Positions 43,224 to 54,912 of a DNA stretch of 64,000 nucleotides are shown piece after piece. Both the position numbers and the translations under genes were made by a program. The stretch is taken from the IMG/VR virus record IMGVR_UViG_3300015608_001493. The stretch is one strand, 5' to 3'. The notes beneath the pieces were generated by a model that saw nothing but the letters and a program-made list of their open reading frames with translations, was not told where the DNA came from and did not search any database. This DNA comes from an uncultured virus (IMG/VR IMGVR_UViG_3300015608_001493). Its lineage: Duplodnaviria; Heunggongvirae; Uroviricota; Caudoviricetes. The stretch's first letter is position 1, and every line of letters begins with the position of its first letter.

Positions 43224-44345
43224 ATGAACAACATTTTTATTCCCAAAACAATTAGAGTGGGTTATCAAGAGAGATCAGATACTTACACTAAAAAGTTAGC
43301 CTATGTAATCTATTTTGACGAAAAAGGTAAACTTCGCAAAGAAGCCAGTTGGAAAAATTGGTGTCATCTTGAAGATCGTTATATAGACGATTACGTTCGA
43401 GATGGTTCTGGTGTAGCACAAATGGATTCAGAAGGAAAATTTCTTATTGAAAAAAGATTACTACATAGGAATCTTGGAAGTAATGATTATCCCAATGAGC
43501 CATTAGAAGGTTTTGTGCTAAACAAGGGTGTAGGTGGAGTACGAGAAAGTTACGGATGGAATGCAAGAAACGAGTATATTCGAGTTTGGGACCCAAGAGG
43601 TTTTGAGTTTGAAATTAGTGTAGCAAACCTTTTGTATATTCTTCAAAATGCCAGTAGCATTAAAGGTAAAGGTCTTGAAGGAAAGTTTCTATATGGTTGG
43701 CAAGGTACTGATCTTGTTCTTATCCCTGAAAACGCACCTGAGTTTCAAGAGATGCAAAAGTTTACTGAAATTCAATCAGGAAAAGTTGGAAGAAAAGATT
43801 TAACACCTGGATGGAAATATCTTACTAAGAAAAACAAGATTGTAACATATGTAGGAGAATTTCCAGTTTACGAAAATAATTATACATTAACACCATATAT
43901 AAACCTTCTTCGATCTAACTCTTACTGGTTTTATCACGAAGGTGTTTTTATTCATTCAGTCTCTTTAAACTTTTTGTCTTCAAAACAGGATGCTGATCCT
44001 GACTATCCTTATATCATAGACAAACTGAGATTAGACTTTGAGTTTAATCCAATTATAGATATGGATTTTGAAGAGGTAACATTTGACTGGATTTTAAAAA
44101 ATGATCCTATAACAGTGTTTGTTGAAACAGACACAGTTTTTGTAAAATCTGAAAAAATACGTCCTGCGTTTTCACTAGAAACTTTTTTTAAGAATAGATT
44201 TTTCACTATAAAATCAAATAGTAAGGATGATTGGAAAGCGGACAAGACTAGTTATGTATATGGTCGTACACCAATATCTTTTGATGATCCATCTCTAAAG
44301 TTTTATATACCTAAACCGATTTTATTATATGACAAACGTGACTGA
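43224..44345 (+). CDS. conserved phage hypothetical protein
   Basis: IFIPKTIRVGYQER.DTYT.KLAYVIY and DPRGFEFEISVANL motifs. Confidence 0.65.
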   Translation: MNNIFIPKTIRVGYQERSDTYTKKLAYVIYFDEKGKLRKEASWKNWCHLEDRYIDDYVRDGSGVAQMDSEGKFLIEKRLLHRNLGSNDYPNEPLEGFVLNKGVGGVRESYGWNARNEYIRVWDPRGFEFEISVANLLYILQNASSIKGKGLEGKFLYGWQGTDLVLIPENAPEFQEMQKFTEIQSGKVGRKDLTPGWKYLTKKNKIVTYVGEFPVYENNYTLTPYINLLRSNSYWFYHEGVFIHSVSLNFLSSKQDADPDYPYIIDKLRLDFEFNPIIDMDFEEVTFDWILKNDPITVFVETDTVFVKSEKIRPAFSLETFFKNRFFTIKSNSKDDWKADKTSYVYGRTPISFDDPSLKFYIPKPILLYDKRD

Positions 44346-45333
44346 TGAGACAGTTCAAGATACAATTGCTATTGTGGACAATAAACTTAAAACTCTCGAC
44401 ACATTATATCAAAAGGCTAAGATCGCACCTAAGACAAACATGGGTTTGGAACTCTTTGGTAAAAGATATAATTTACACACAGTTGATATAGACGAGTTGA
44501 AATTTCTGATGACATTTTTACAAGTAATGAGTCAACAAAATGATAACTTAGTTCTTTCAAACTTTAAAGTTAGTGACTGGTTTAATGATATTACACAACG
44601 CTTTCACTATCTTCAAATCACTACTGAAATAGAACAACTCAAATCAACGCGTAAGAAACTGCAAACAATGCTAAGCACTGAGTTTCAAAATCAAGTTTTG
44701 TTTGATCAAATTTTAGAATCGTTAAAATGATTAAATATAGACATAAAGAAACAGGTTTGTTTCTTACTCGAAAAAAAGATTGTATATACATCAGTGTACA
44801 GTTTAACGAAAAAAGGCACAGTTTGGCTTAAAGACTGTTTAAAATCTCTATCGTTGAAAAAAGATACAGGTGGACCAACCTCTTATTTTAAAGTTCAAGA
44901 GTTTGAACTTGTTGAGTTTTCAATTCATCCAATAGATCAAACTACACTCTTTTTAACAGATCGTGAGGTTTTTCTTCTACGAAAAATGTTAGAGTTTGAT
45001 ATTACTCGGTATTTACTTGTAAATATGACGGGGAGATATGATGGTTGGGAAAGAGCAGAACGACATAAAAAGATTTGTGAAACAATCTGTAAGTTTTTAT
45101 TGTGTCGTTCAGAGCAATTACCTGTTTATAAAGTTCACGAATATAGTACAAAACTCACATCATTTATGGATGAAAAAATCGAACTCCCAATAGATCGAGT
45201 TTTTGACAGTATTGAATGTGAGGTTCTTGCAGAACGATTTTTTAATGAGGTTATAAAAATGCTTCCTGAAATATACAATTTGATAAAAAATGATTCAACA
45301 ATCAGCAATAGTTAAATATAAATTAGAAAAAGA

Positions 45334-47607
45334 ATGATTCAACAATCAGCAATAGGATTAAATAGCAGGTCAGAAGGAAACCCGTTTAACCAAGACGGGT
45401 TTCTTCCTCTTATTACTGCTCCTATGTATTCAGTAGTAGACGAACATAATTATCAAGTTTTTCTTGATAATAAAATCCAAGTATGTTTACCTAGAAGTAA
45501 TAAATTTAAAAAAAGAAATGTGGGATGTTTTGAAGCATTATCATTAGATGAATTTAAACAGTATTATTGTGATAAACACATTACTATAAATGAGGTGCAT
45601 AGAGTTTGTTGTGATACTGCTAATGGAAATATTCCTGCTCTTCATGATGCTATTAGACAGGCAAAAGAAATTCATGGAGATAAATTAGTTATTATGGCTG
45701 GTAATGTAGCAAGTGTAGAGGCTTTTGTTGATCTTGCTAAAACAGGCTGTGATTATATCAGAGTAGGTATTGGTGGAGGGTGTTTAGCAGCAAATACTCG
45801 AATTTTAATGGCAAATGGTACATATAAAAATATCATAGATATTCAAGTTGGAGATTATGTAATTAACAAAGATGGTAAGCCTGTAAAAGTTATTAATACG
45901 TTGTATAGTGGAAAAAAGAAAGTAAGTAAAATAAAACATAATGCTTTTTATAACCCACTTATTATTACTAATGACCATCAAGTAAGAGTTTCTGATTTAT
46001 CTCCGTATAAAAGAGATTCTATATCTTCAAAAGGGTATAAAGCATTTTTTAAAAAAGATGTGTGGAAACCAATATCCGAGTCTATTAAAGATAATTTATT
46101 ATGTCCAACTAAGATAAGTTATGATTTACCTATTGACTTTAATATTAGTTTAAATCAATTTGATTCTGATAAATCAAAAAATGTAATTGGAAATATTAAA
46201 CCTTCTTATGAATTAGGTTATATTTTTGGTACGTTTTTAGGAGACGGTAATATAAATATTCGAGAAGATTTTTATGTTAAACGAAATTCTATCAACAAAA
46301 CAGGGTCGGTTCATTGGGCATTTGGAAAAAATGAAGATTCAATAGCATTAAGCCTTATTGAATATATTGAAAGTGTATTCAGAAAAGAGTCTGGTTTCAA
46401 GAAAGAAGAAAATAGAATTAGAGTTTCTCTTTATTGTAAATGGATTGCTAATCTGTTTTCTGAATTTTATAAAGAAGACGGTACTAAATATTTACCTGTT
46501 AAATGGTATTGTTTAAATGATGATTATTTAAAAGGTTTATATGATGGATTAATTGATAGCGATGGGCATAAAGAAACTACAAGAGATTGTTTTGAAAACA
46601 CTTCACCGTATTTAATTGAATTAATCTATTTTATTAAATCTATTTTACAAGGATACTTTCCAAATACAGAACAGCGTAAAAAAACGTGTGGTAAATTAGA
46701 AAATTGTAATGAGAATAATTTGAAACAATCTTACTCATTAAGAACTTTGTCCAACTACTTAGCAAGACAAACTGAAAAATTCAATCTTCTTAAAGTAACA
46801 TTATTTGAAAAGAATGTTGATGAGATAGATACTTATGATATTGAAGTAGATTGCCCAACCCACTCTTTTATTGCAAATAATTGTATTGTCCATAATAGTG
46901 GATGTAACACCACGTCTAATACAGGAGTTGGACAAACAAATCTACTTGAACTTGTTAAGAGATGTGATGAATACAGATATAGAGAAAAACAAGTTCAAAA
47001 AGGTTGTAATGAGGAAGGATTGAGTAAATATCTTACGAGACACGGAGTTCATTCTTATAACATCTCTAATGTTAAAATAGTAGCAGATGGTATTTCATCT
47101 TGGATTAATTACTGTCAAAAAGAATATGGCTATAATGATAATGGATACGCTGCTATTAATGAACTTTTGTTTGCTCAAGCAGATTTAGTGATGGTAGGTA
47201 AGTTATTTGCTCAATGTATAGAAAGTGCTGGTGATAAAAGATTAAATGACTCAAAACATATTTATAATTGGACTGGCGAAGATTATCAAGAAAATCTTGA
47301 AGTTAAGTATTCAGGAATGAGTACACAAGAAGAGCAGAAGAAATATAAACAACCTATTCGAGAATCTCAATTTGGGTTTTTGGATTTAGGAAAAAATCCT
47401 CCAGAATATGAACCTGTTGGTGAACCATATAAATATTGGGGAAATAAAATTAAACCGTCCGAAGGCTCTATTCAATGGATACCTGTAAGATGGAGTTTGG
47501 ATGAATGGCTCAGTGGCTCTACTAATCAAGATGAATATCCATACTTAATGGGTTGGATTAACTCTATCAAAAGTGCAATGTCTTATGCAGGAAAAACTAA
47601 ACTGTAA
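45334..47607 (+). CDS. IMP dehydrogenase/GMP reductase family enzyme with intein (~385 aa mature)
   Basis: ITAPM, DTANG, MAGNVA, RVGIGGG|SGCNT catalytic loop, IVADG, YSGMST, SAMSY. Confidence 0.88.
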   Translation: MIQQSAIGLNSRSEGNPFNQDGFLPLITAPMYSVVDEHNYQVFLDNKIQVCLPRSNKFKKRNVGCFEALSLDEFKQYYCDKHITINEVHRVCCDTANGNIPALHDAIRQAKEIHGDKLVIMAGNVASVEAFVDLAKTGCDYIRVGIGGGCLAANTRILMANGTYKNIIDIQVGDYVINKDGKPVKVINTLYSGKKKVSKIKHNAFYNPLIITNDHQVRVSDLSPYKRDSISSKGYKAFFKKDVWKPISESIKDNLLCPTKISYDLPIDFNISLNQFDSDKSKNVIGNIKPSYELGYIFGTFLGDGNINIREDFYVKRNSINKTGSVHWAFGKNEDSIALSLIEYIESVFRKESGFKKEENRIRVSLYCKWIANLFSEFYKEDGTKYLPVKWYCLNDDYLKGLYDGLIDSDGHKETTRDCFENTSPYLIELIYFIKSILQGYFPNTEQRKKTCGKLENCNENNLKQSYSLRTLSNYLARQTEKFNLLKVTLFEKNVDEIDTYDIEVDCPTHSFIANNCIVHNSGCNTTSNTGVGQTNLLELVKRCDEYRYREKQVQKGCNEEGLSKYLTRHGVHSYNISNVKIVADGISSWINYCQKEYGYNDNGYAAINELLFAQADLVMVGKLFAQCIESAGDKRLNDSKHIYNWTGEDYQENLEVKYSGMSTQEEQKKYKQPIRESQFGFLDLGKNPPEYEPVGEPYKYWGNKIKPSEGSIQWIPVRWSLDEWLSGSTNQDEYPYLMGWINSIKSAMSYAGKTKL
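45781..46896 (+). mobile_element. intein (372 aa) with LAGLIDADG endonuclease domain
   Basis: Starts CLAANTRILMA, ends HSFIANNCIVHN before Ser; contains GTFLGDG and GLIDSDG. Confidence 0.95.
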
Positions 47608-47925
47608 GCCTTATGGTTGGATAATTGAACAACGCTGGTCCTATAAAGTGGGAAACGGAAATGGTATTTATGAAGAAAGAATGATAAATTGGCAATGTAT
47701 GAATAAGAAAATCTACCTTACAAATGAATCAGTAGAAGAGGCATATAAAGCATTATCTGAATCAAAAATCCATAATAATAATTCAATTAAATCAGAATTT
47801 AGAATTATACCACTCTATAAATAAATTTTATGAAATGAGTGATGATTTCACAAAATATATGGTTGGAGGAAGTATTTATGGTATTCCTCTGTGGATTGAT
47901 CCAAAAGAATTAAAATAATATATCT

Positions 47926-49990
47926 ATGCTAATTAAACCACGAATAGTTTATCGTCCATTTGAATATCCTCAATGTTTTGAGTTTGCTCGAAGGCAACAA
48001 ATGGTACACTGGCTTGAAACAGAAATACCTATGGCTTCTGATATTCAAGATTGGAAATACTCTCTCACTGAGAGTGAAAAGTTAGTTATTGGTAAAATCC
48101 TTAAAGGGTTTACTCAGGCTGAGGTACTTGTAGGAGATTATTGGAGACAGGTAGCAAACTGGTTTCCTAAACCAGAGGTTGCTCAGATGGCTTCTGTGTT
48201 TTCTTATTTTGAGACGATCCACCAAACGGCTTATGCTCTGCTCAATGACACATTAGGGCTTGATGATTGGGAAGCATTTATTACTGATGAAGAAACTGCT
48301 GCTAAGTTAGACAATCTTATTAATGTACAGGTTGAATCTTTGGATACTCTTGATGTTCAATACTTTATTACAGATGGACACGAATATTATCCAAATGATA
48401 TTGTTACCGAAAAGTTACAAGATATAGCAACTTCACTTGCTATATTTTCAGCATTTACAGAGGGTGTTCAAATCTTTTCATCTTTTGCAGTTCTTCTCTC
48501 GTTTCAAAAAAAGAACCTGATGAAAGGGGTAGGACAAATTGTGAGTTTTAGTGTCCGGGATGGAGTTCGTCCCCTTGCTTAGTAATAAGTAATGACAAAC
48601 CTTCTTAAATCGGTGAAACTCCTTTGGAGAAAGGACAATACCGAGTTTAAGTAAAAATATTTGTAAAAAATTTGGACTTAAGTTAAATTGTGTTATATTT
48701 TATACTATTCATTAATAGATAGAAATTAAACACAATGGAAATTAAACTTCATCCTATTTACAAATTACCTGTAACTCCAGAAGGAGTTGTTATTGGAAGA
48801 AAAGGAAAACCTTTAAAACCTACAATTGGAAATGGTTATCATGTTCTAAGTATTTACTTTAATGGTAAACATATTCAAAAAAGAGTTCATAGACTTGTTG
48901 TTGAAACTTATATTGGAGAAATCCCGGAAGGTTATTGTGTAAATCATAAAGATGGAGACAAGTTAAATAATCATCTTAATAATTTAGAAATAGTAACTTT
49001 TAAAGAAAACACACAACATGCTTTTAGAACTGGTCTTGCTGTGGGTCAAAAAGGTTCAGAAAATGCTGGTTCTAAATTACTGTTAGAACAAGTTTTAGAG
49101 ATTTATGATATGATTAAGGATGGAAAATCTAATGATGAAATTGGAAAACAATTTAATCTTCATAGTCGTTATATATCTCTAATGAGACACGGTAAAAGAT
49201 GGAAACATATTTATGACTTATACTTTTCTAATAACGCTCCTCTTAGTACAGGTTCTTTAAAGTTGCCTGTGGATTTTTGTTTAAAAGTTCTAAATACTTG
49301 TATGGATAAATCAAAGACAAATACTCAAATTGGACTTGAATTTGGAATTGATCAATCTACTATTTCAAGGATTAGAAACAAAAAAACATGGCAATCTATT
49401 TGGGCACTTTATAACTTAAATGTAACGACTATCGAAACCACAGACAATCTGGAAGGGAGTAGAGTACACTGCAAGCCAATGGTAGTGGAAAAAGAGGGTA
49501 TCCTGAAAAGGATGATGATATAGTCTGATCTATATAGTAATATATAGAAGTTCATTAAAGAACTGTATAGTAGTTGCGATACTATATGAACACAATGGAA
49601 ACCATTCATTCGCAAGGAGGTATATATTTGTTTAATACTCTATGTGATGAATTTCCTTTCTTACGACAAAAGTGTCAGGAGAAAGTGTTTAACGCTGCTG
49701 AGTTGACATACACTTTGGAAAAAAACTTTATTGATAGTTGTTTTCAGTTGGGAGATGTTAGAACAATCTCCAAAGAACAGTTGGTTGAGTTTATTAAACA
49801 TCGAATTAATATTCAACTTCGTAACTTAGGTTATACCGACTTATTTGAAGTAAATACTAACCTGATTGAAGAAATGAACTGGTTCTATGACCTTAGTGTA
49901 GGTAAAGAGTTTGGTGATTTTTTGGCTACCAGAGGTACAGTAACAGAATATTCCAAGGTAGAAAAGTTCGACGCAGATAACATGTGGTAA
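47926..49990 (+). CDS. nrdB: ribonucleotide reductase class Ia beta subunit; exons 47926-48561 and 49598-49990 (~342 aa)
   Basis: ETIH, TEGVQIFSSF and the spliced RD|ETIH iron-ligand motif. Confidence 0.93.
48562..49597 (+). mobile_element. group I intron in nrdB, HNH ORF in L6
   Basis: P1 GGGAT/GTCCC; AAATCGGTGAA and AATACCGAG core; TTTAAGT/ACTTAAA flanks the ORF; GTAACGACT/TATAGTC P7; terminal G. Confidence 0.92.
48735..49523 (+). CDS. intron-encoded HNH homing endonuclease
   Basis: VHRLV..VNHKDGDKLNN..NLE..EN..H; two C-terminal HTH repeats. Confidence 0.92.
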   Translation: MEIKLHPIYKLPVTPEGVVIGRKGKPLKPTIGNGYHVLSIYFNGKHIQKRVHRLVVETYIGEIPEGYCVNHKDGDKLNNHLNNLEIVTFKENTQHAFRTGLAVGQKGSENAGSKLLLEQVLEIYDMIKDGKSNDEIGKQFNLHSRYISLMRHGKRWKHIYDLYFSNNAPLSTGSLKLPVDFCLKVLNTCMDKSKTNTQIGLEFGIDQSTISRIRNKKTWQSIWALYNLNVTTIETTDNLEGSRVHCKPMVVEKEGILKRMMI

Positions 49991-50008
49991 ATTAAAAACA
50001 AAATTGAA

Positions 50009-52691
50009 ATGATAAAAGGTATTGATTATCCTGAATGGTATTCGCAAGAAAGTCTTGACACTGTATTGCGAGGCTATGTATTTGAAAATGAAACCCCGAA
50101 ACAAATGTATCAGCGCTTGGCAAAAACATTAAGTTTGCGCTATGCTGATATGTTATCAAAAACTTCTACAACAGTTACAAACCAATGGGACCCATTACAA
50201 ATGGAGTCAGTCTGGTTTGATTACATGTGGAAAGGATGGCTTAGTCCTGCAAGTCCTCTTTTAAGCAACCTAGGTACAACCCGAGGGTTTCCAATAAGTT
50301 GTTTTGGGTTGCGTATTGCGGACAACACTTATGATATTTTTACCAAAGTTCGAGAAATGTCCATACTCACAAAATATGGTGGTGGTAAATAACGATGCCT
50401 CCACTTTAAAAACACATACTAAATTGCTGGAAAATCACTATAAATTTATACACTACAATAGAATAGAAATGTTTTATGAATGTGTTAAAAAGTATAAATT
50501 TGTGACAATCAGCAGCCAAGCACCTAAGTTGATAAAATAGGGTGAAGGTTCAACGACTACAAACCAAAACATATGAGTTTAGATAAAACAAAATTAAGAG
50601 GAGCGCTAATTGGAACATTATTAGGTGATTCTTGGATAATACATTCTAAACAGGATAATAGTTATAAATTTGGATGTGAACAAATCAATAAAAGTCTCAT
50701 TGAGTATAAATATAAACTGATTGAGTATTATTGTACAAAACGTAAAAAACCAATTGGAAAAATTCGTGTAAGAAACCGAGAACCAAGAATTATTTCTAAT
50801 AATAAGGTATCGGTATTCAAGCCTACTTATTCATTTTTAGTTGGACATCCTTATTTTAAATTTCTCTATAAGATATTTTATAGTAATGGTAGCAAGCAGG
50901 TTACTATTAATACGTTAAAGTATTTAACAATTGAGGGATTAGCATTATGGTATATGGATGACGGATATATTTATTATACTGCGTCAAATGGTACAAGATA
51001 TTTAGATTTTGCAACAGACGGATTTGATTTATATTCTTGCAAGAATATAAGGAGATATTTTAAAGAATATCATAATCTTGATTGTAAAATTATTGAACAT
51101 AAAAAGAATAAAAATTCTAATATAAAATATAGGATTAGATTTAATTCTCAAAATGCTCAAAAATTAATATGTACAATATATCCATATATTTTAGATGATT
51201 TTAAGTATAAATTAAACTTAAAATACAAACATAATCCTAAGTATCTAAAAAATATCTTACCAGAATATTTAATTATTATGCAAAAAGAATTTGGTTTAAA
51301 AACAGTATGCACTATTATAAATAGTGAAGATATAGTCTAAAAAGATCGGAATTGACTTTGGAAAGATTAGAGGTAGAGGAGAACCTATAAGTAAAGGAGG
51401 TTTTACAGAAGGAATTGTGCCATTTCTTAAAGTGTATGATAGTGCAATCCTTGCCACAAGTCAAGCAGGAGTAAGACGTGGAGCAATGGCTGCGTATCTT
51501 CCTATTAGGCACAAAGACATAGAAGAGTTCTTACACATCCGAGAACCTAAGGGAGATATAAACCGTCAATGTTTAAACCTCAATCACGCTGTCAGTATTG
51601 ATGATGTGTTCATGGAAAAACTTGAAGAAGGTGATTCCTACTATCGTGAGTTATGGGCTAAAATTCTTAAACTACGAATGGAAACCGGGCAACCTTATAT
51701 CATGTATTATGATACTGTGAATAAGGGGAACCCAGAATGTTATAAACAGAAGGGTTTAAAAGTAAACACTTCTCAACTTTGTAGTGAAATTGTATTATAC
51801 AACGATCCTACACATACTTTTGTATGTTGTCTTTCGTCATTAAACCTTGCAAAATATCGAGAATGGGAGAATAATCCTGATTTTATCAAACACTGTATCC
51901 TGTTTTTGGATTGTGTTATGGAAGAGTTTATCGAAGGTGCTAAGGGGACAAAAGGGTTTGAGAATGCAGTACGATTTGCACAAAAAAGCAGAGCGTTAGG
52001 TTTAGGTGTTTTAGGCTGGCACACTCTTCTTCAAAAAGAGAACTTACCTTTTATTTCTTTTGCTGCTCGGGGTTTAATCAATCGAATTGGTAAAAAACTT
52101 CAATCAGAAGTATGGGAGGCAAGTAGGGAGTTAACTAAAACGTTTGATATTCCAGAATGGTGTATTGATAATAGACATACTCATTGTACAGCCATTGCTC
52201 CAACTACCACAAACAGCCTTATTCAGGGAGGGGTGAGTCAAGGAATCGAACCAATAGTTTCTAACTATTTTGTACAGAAAAGTGCCAAAGGAACTTTCAT
52301 TCGTAAGAATCCTCAGTTTCAAAAACTAATTGAGACAAAGTACCCTCAACACAACACTCAGGAAATGTGGACAACTGTACGAGACGCAAAGGGTTCTGTT
52401 CAACATCTTCAATTTCTTACTGATGCTGAAAAAGAAGTGTTTCTTACTGCGTATGAAATTAATCAGTTAGAGTTGGTAAAAAATGTAGGTGTTTGGCAAA
52501 AATATATTGACCAAGCAATTTCAACAAACCTTTTCTTTCCAGCAGATGTACCATCTAAATGGGTAAACCAAGTACATCTTGAAGCGTGGAAACAAAAACT
52601 CAAAACACTGTACTACATAAGAACTGAAAGTATTGCTTCCAGAACTATGAAGAGTGACACGTTCAGTGATTGTGTTTATTGTGAAGGGTAA
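50009..52691 (+). CDS. nrdA: ribonucleotide reductase class Ia alpha subunit, no ATP cone; exons 50009-50386 and 51345-52691 (~574 aa)
   Basis: PISCF, KYGGG|IGIDFGKIR, QLCSEI, IAPT, TLYY, terminal CVYCEG. Confidence 0.93.
50387..51344 (+). mobile_element. group I intron in nrdA, LAGLIDADG ORF in the P7.1 region, no P9
   Basis: P1 GGTGGT/GCCTCC, P10 CGAT/ATCG, AATTGCTGGAA and AATCAGCAG core, TTCAACGACT/ATATAGTC P7, then TAAAAAG before exon 2. Confidence 0.9.
50573..51340 (+). CDS. intron-encoded LAGLIDADG (I-SceI-like) endonuclease
   Basis: LIGTLLGDS and LALWYMDDG motifs. Confidence 0.9.
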   Translation: MSLDKTKLRGALIGTLLGDSWIIHSKQDNSYKFGCEQINKSLIEYKYKLIEYYCTKRKKPIGKIRVRNREPRIISNNKVSVFKPTYSFLVGHPYFKFLYKIFYSNGSKQVTINTLKYLTIEGLALWYMDDGYIYYTASNGTRYLDFATDGFDLYSCKNIRRYFKEYHNLDCKIIEHKKNKNSNIKYRIRFNSQNAQKLICTIYPYILDDFKYKLNLKYKHNPKYLKNILPEYLIIMQKEFGLKTVCTIINSEDIV

Positions 52692-52716
52692 ACTAACAAT
52701 AAAACATTACTCAAAA

Positions 52717-52749
52717 TGGATAAGAGGAGGTTTGTCCTCCTCTTATCCA
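52717..52749 (+). terminator. 14-bp hairpin after nrdA
   Basis: TGGATAAGAGGAGG / CCTCCTCTTATCCA. Confidence 0.6.
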
Positions 52750-52772
52750 AAACTTACAAGTATTCCTTTAAA

Positions 52773-53390
52773 ATGATAAAAAGTATCTCATATAATCAAG
52801 AAGAGATAATTAAATGGATTCTTCAATTACATTGTTTAACAGATATAGAGTTGGATGCTACTTATAGCAAAGGAAACTTTTATAAGGGCGTAAAGAAACC
52901 CAAGTATAAATTTGATATATGTCCTCAAACTTCCGATACTATAAAAGGGGATTGTAGAAATCTACCTATAGAATCTGAATCTTTAAATACTATAATGTTT
53001 GATCCGCCATTTCTTGCTACTACTGGACCTTCCTTAAAAAAGGAGTCAGGAAATATTATTAATAAAAGATTTGGAGTTTACAACTCTGAAAAAGAACTAC
53101 ATCAATTTTATATTAGTTCATTAAAAGAATTTTATCGACTTCTTAAAGAAAAAGGGGTTCTTATCTTTAAATGTCAGGATAAAGTAAGTTCTGGTATTCA
53201 ATATATAAGTCATAATTTTATTATTAACGAAGCCGAAAAAATAGGATTTTACTGTAAGGACTTATTTATTTTACTTGCTAAAAATAGAATTGTTGCAGAT
53301 TGGCAAATTAAAAATCAAAAAAATGCAAGAAAGTTTCATTCATATTTTATTGTTTTTCAAAAAACAAATAGAAAAGTAAACTACATATGA
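52773..53390 (+). CDS. amino (m6A/m4C) DNA methyltransferase
   Basis: LDATYSKG SAM-binding motif and IMFDPPF catalytic motif. Start moved to 52773, past the hairpin. Confidence 0.82.
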   Translation: MIKSISYNQEEIIKWILQLHCLTDIELDATYSKGNFYKGVKKPKYKFDICPQTSDTIKGDCRNLPIESESLNTIMFDPPFLATTGPSLKKESGNIINKRFGVYNSEKELHQFYISSLKEFYRLLKEKGVLIFKCQDKVSSGIQYISHNFIINEAEKIGFYCKDLFILLAKNRIVADWQIKNQKNARKFHSYFIVFQKTNRKVNYI

Positions 53391-53663
53391 ACCGAAAGTA
53401 TTGCTTTTATAACTATGAAGAATAACACATTTAGCGATTATGTCTATTGTGAAGGATAAAATGAAAAAATACGAATATCGCCTTACTGTAATAAAAGAAA
53501 ATATATTCTGGAGAATTAAAATAGATAATACAGCAATCGAAAAACTTGTTAAACAATCTTACGGATTAAAAACCGGAGATGTTGTAAGTAATCTTGGTGC
53601 ATTTTTAAACTATTTAGATACTCTAAGATAGTATGTAAAGTTACTAACAAATTTTCACTATAA

Positions 53664-53691
53664 ATTGATGGGGGATTGATCCCCCATCAAT
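53664..53691. terminator. perfect hairpin
   Basis: ATTGATGGGGGA / TCCCCCATCAAT. Confidence 0.55.
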
Positions 53692-54912
53692 ACAATTAAA
53701 ATGAACAAAGAATTAAAATGAATAAAGAACTAAAAGAACACATTGAAGCATGTCTTCAAAGTTTTAAAAATAACATAAAGGTGGAACAAGAACTCTATCA
53801 GTTAGGTGTAAACCTTTTAAACTGTAAAATCAATGATTACAACCCTTCAATTGACTTAATTAAGTTTTTACTTTCAGATACGTCTGAATATTCTATGGTT
53901 GACTGGTGGTTGTATGATAAAGATTTGTATTTGTATAACAGTGACAAAACTGTATTTAAGGATTTATCTGATGTGTGTTCATTTGTTGAATACATGACCT
54001 CCAAAGAAAGAAACTTAGACTTAAATTTCAATATATGATTCCTGAACTAATTACGTTAAAGGCTCCAAACACAATATTTCTATTTAACTTCACTGATAAA
54101 GATGGGCTTACACTCAACTATGAGGTATGGTTTGATGATCAAATGAAGATGGGTACAAATAGTATTGATTATGCTCATGGGTTTTTTGATGCTTGCAGGT
54201 TGTTTTTTCCCAACGCTGAAGCAAAACGAATTATAAAACTAAGAAAAAATGAAATACCTAATTGAGTTATCAGAATCGGAATTACATCTAATTAATAAAA
54301 GTCTTGATCTTTACAGCAGGTTAAGTATTTTACAGTTCCGATATCTTAAAGACATTCCCTCTATTGCAACCCGAAAAATTGACCATGATCTTTTTGAAGA
54401 AAGACTTAATTTATTATCCAATGTATTCGGATATTCATCAAACAGTGGACCCGGAATCTTCAATCGTAAAGAAGTAACTGACGATGCTATTGTTGCTTAT
54501 GATATACATCAAACAATTCGCCACTTTCTTTATTTGGAACGTGGAGAAACAAATGTAGGTACAGTAGATGCCTACCCAAACAATGCTTGTTCAATAGCCA
54601 AGATTCCCACTCCTGAGTTTAAAATCAAAAAGAATGAGGTATAAATATAAAATTCTCCAAGAGGGAGAAAGGTTTTTCATTAAGAGAAGACCTCGAGGTC
54701 TTCTCGGGTTATTCTATACCTATGAGCCAATAGTAGAATTAAAATGGAGTCGTTTTGCGCAAGGAACTCCCATATGGACTCAGACACTATACTTTAATAC
54801 CCTTGATGCAGCAATAGAATATTGCTATCAAAATTTTAATGACGAACGCAATCCTGTCAAAAAAGTTAAACCTAAACCTGTATTAATTAAAAAAGTTATT
54901 CCGGAGTAAACT

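Noticed and set aside
50304..50540. 78 aa ORF
   Set aside because: Out-of-frame read across the nrdA exon/intron core.
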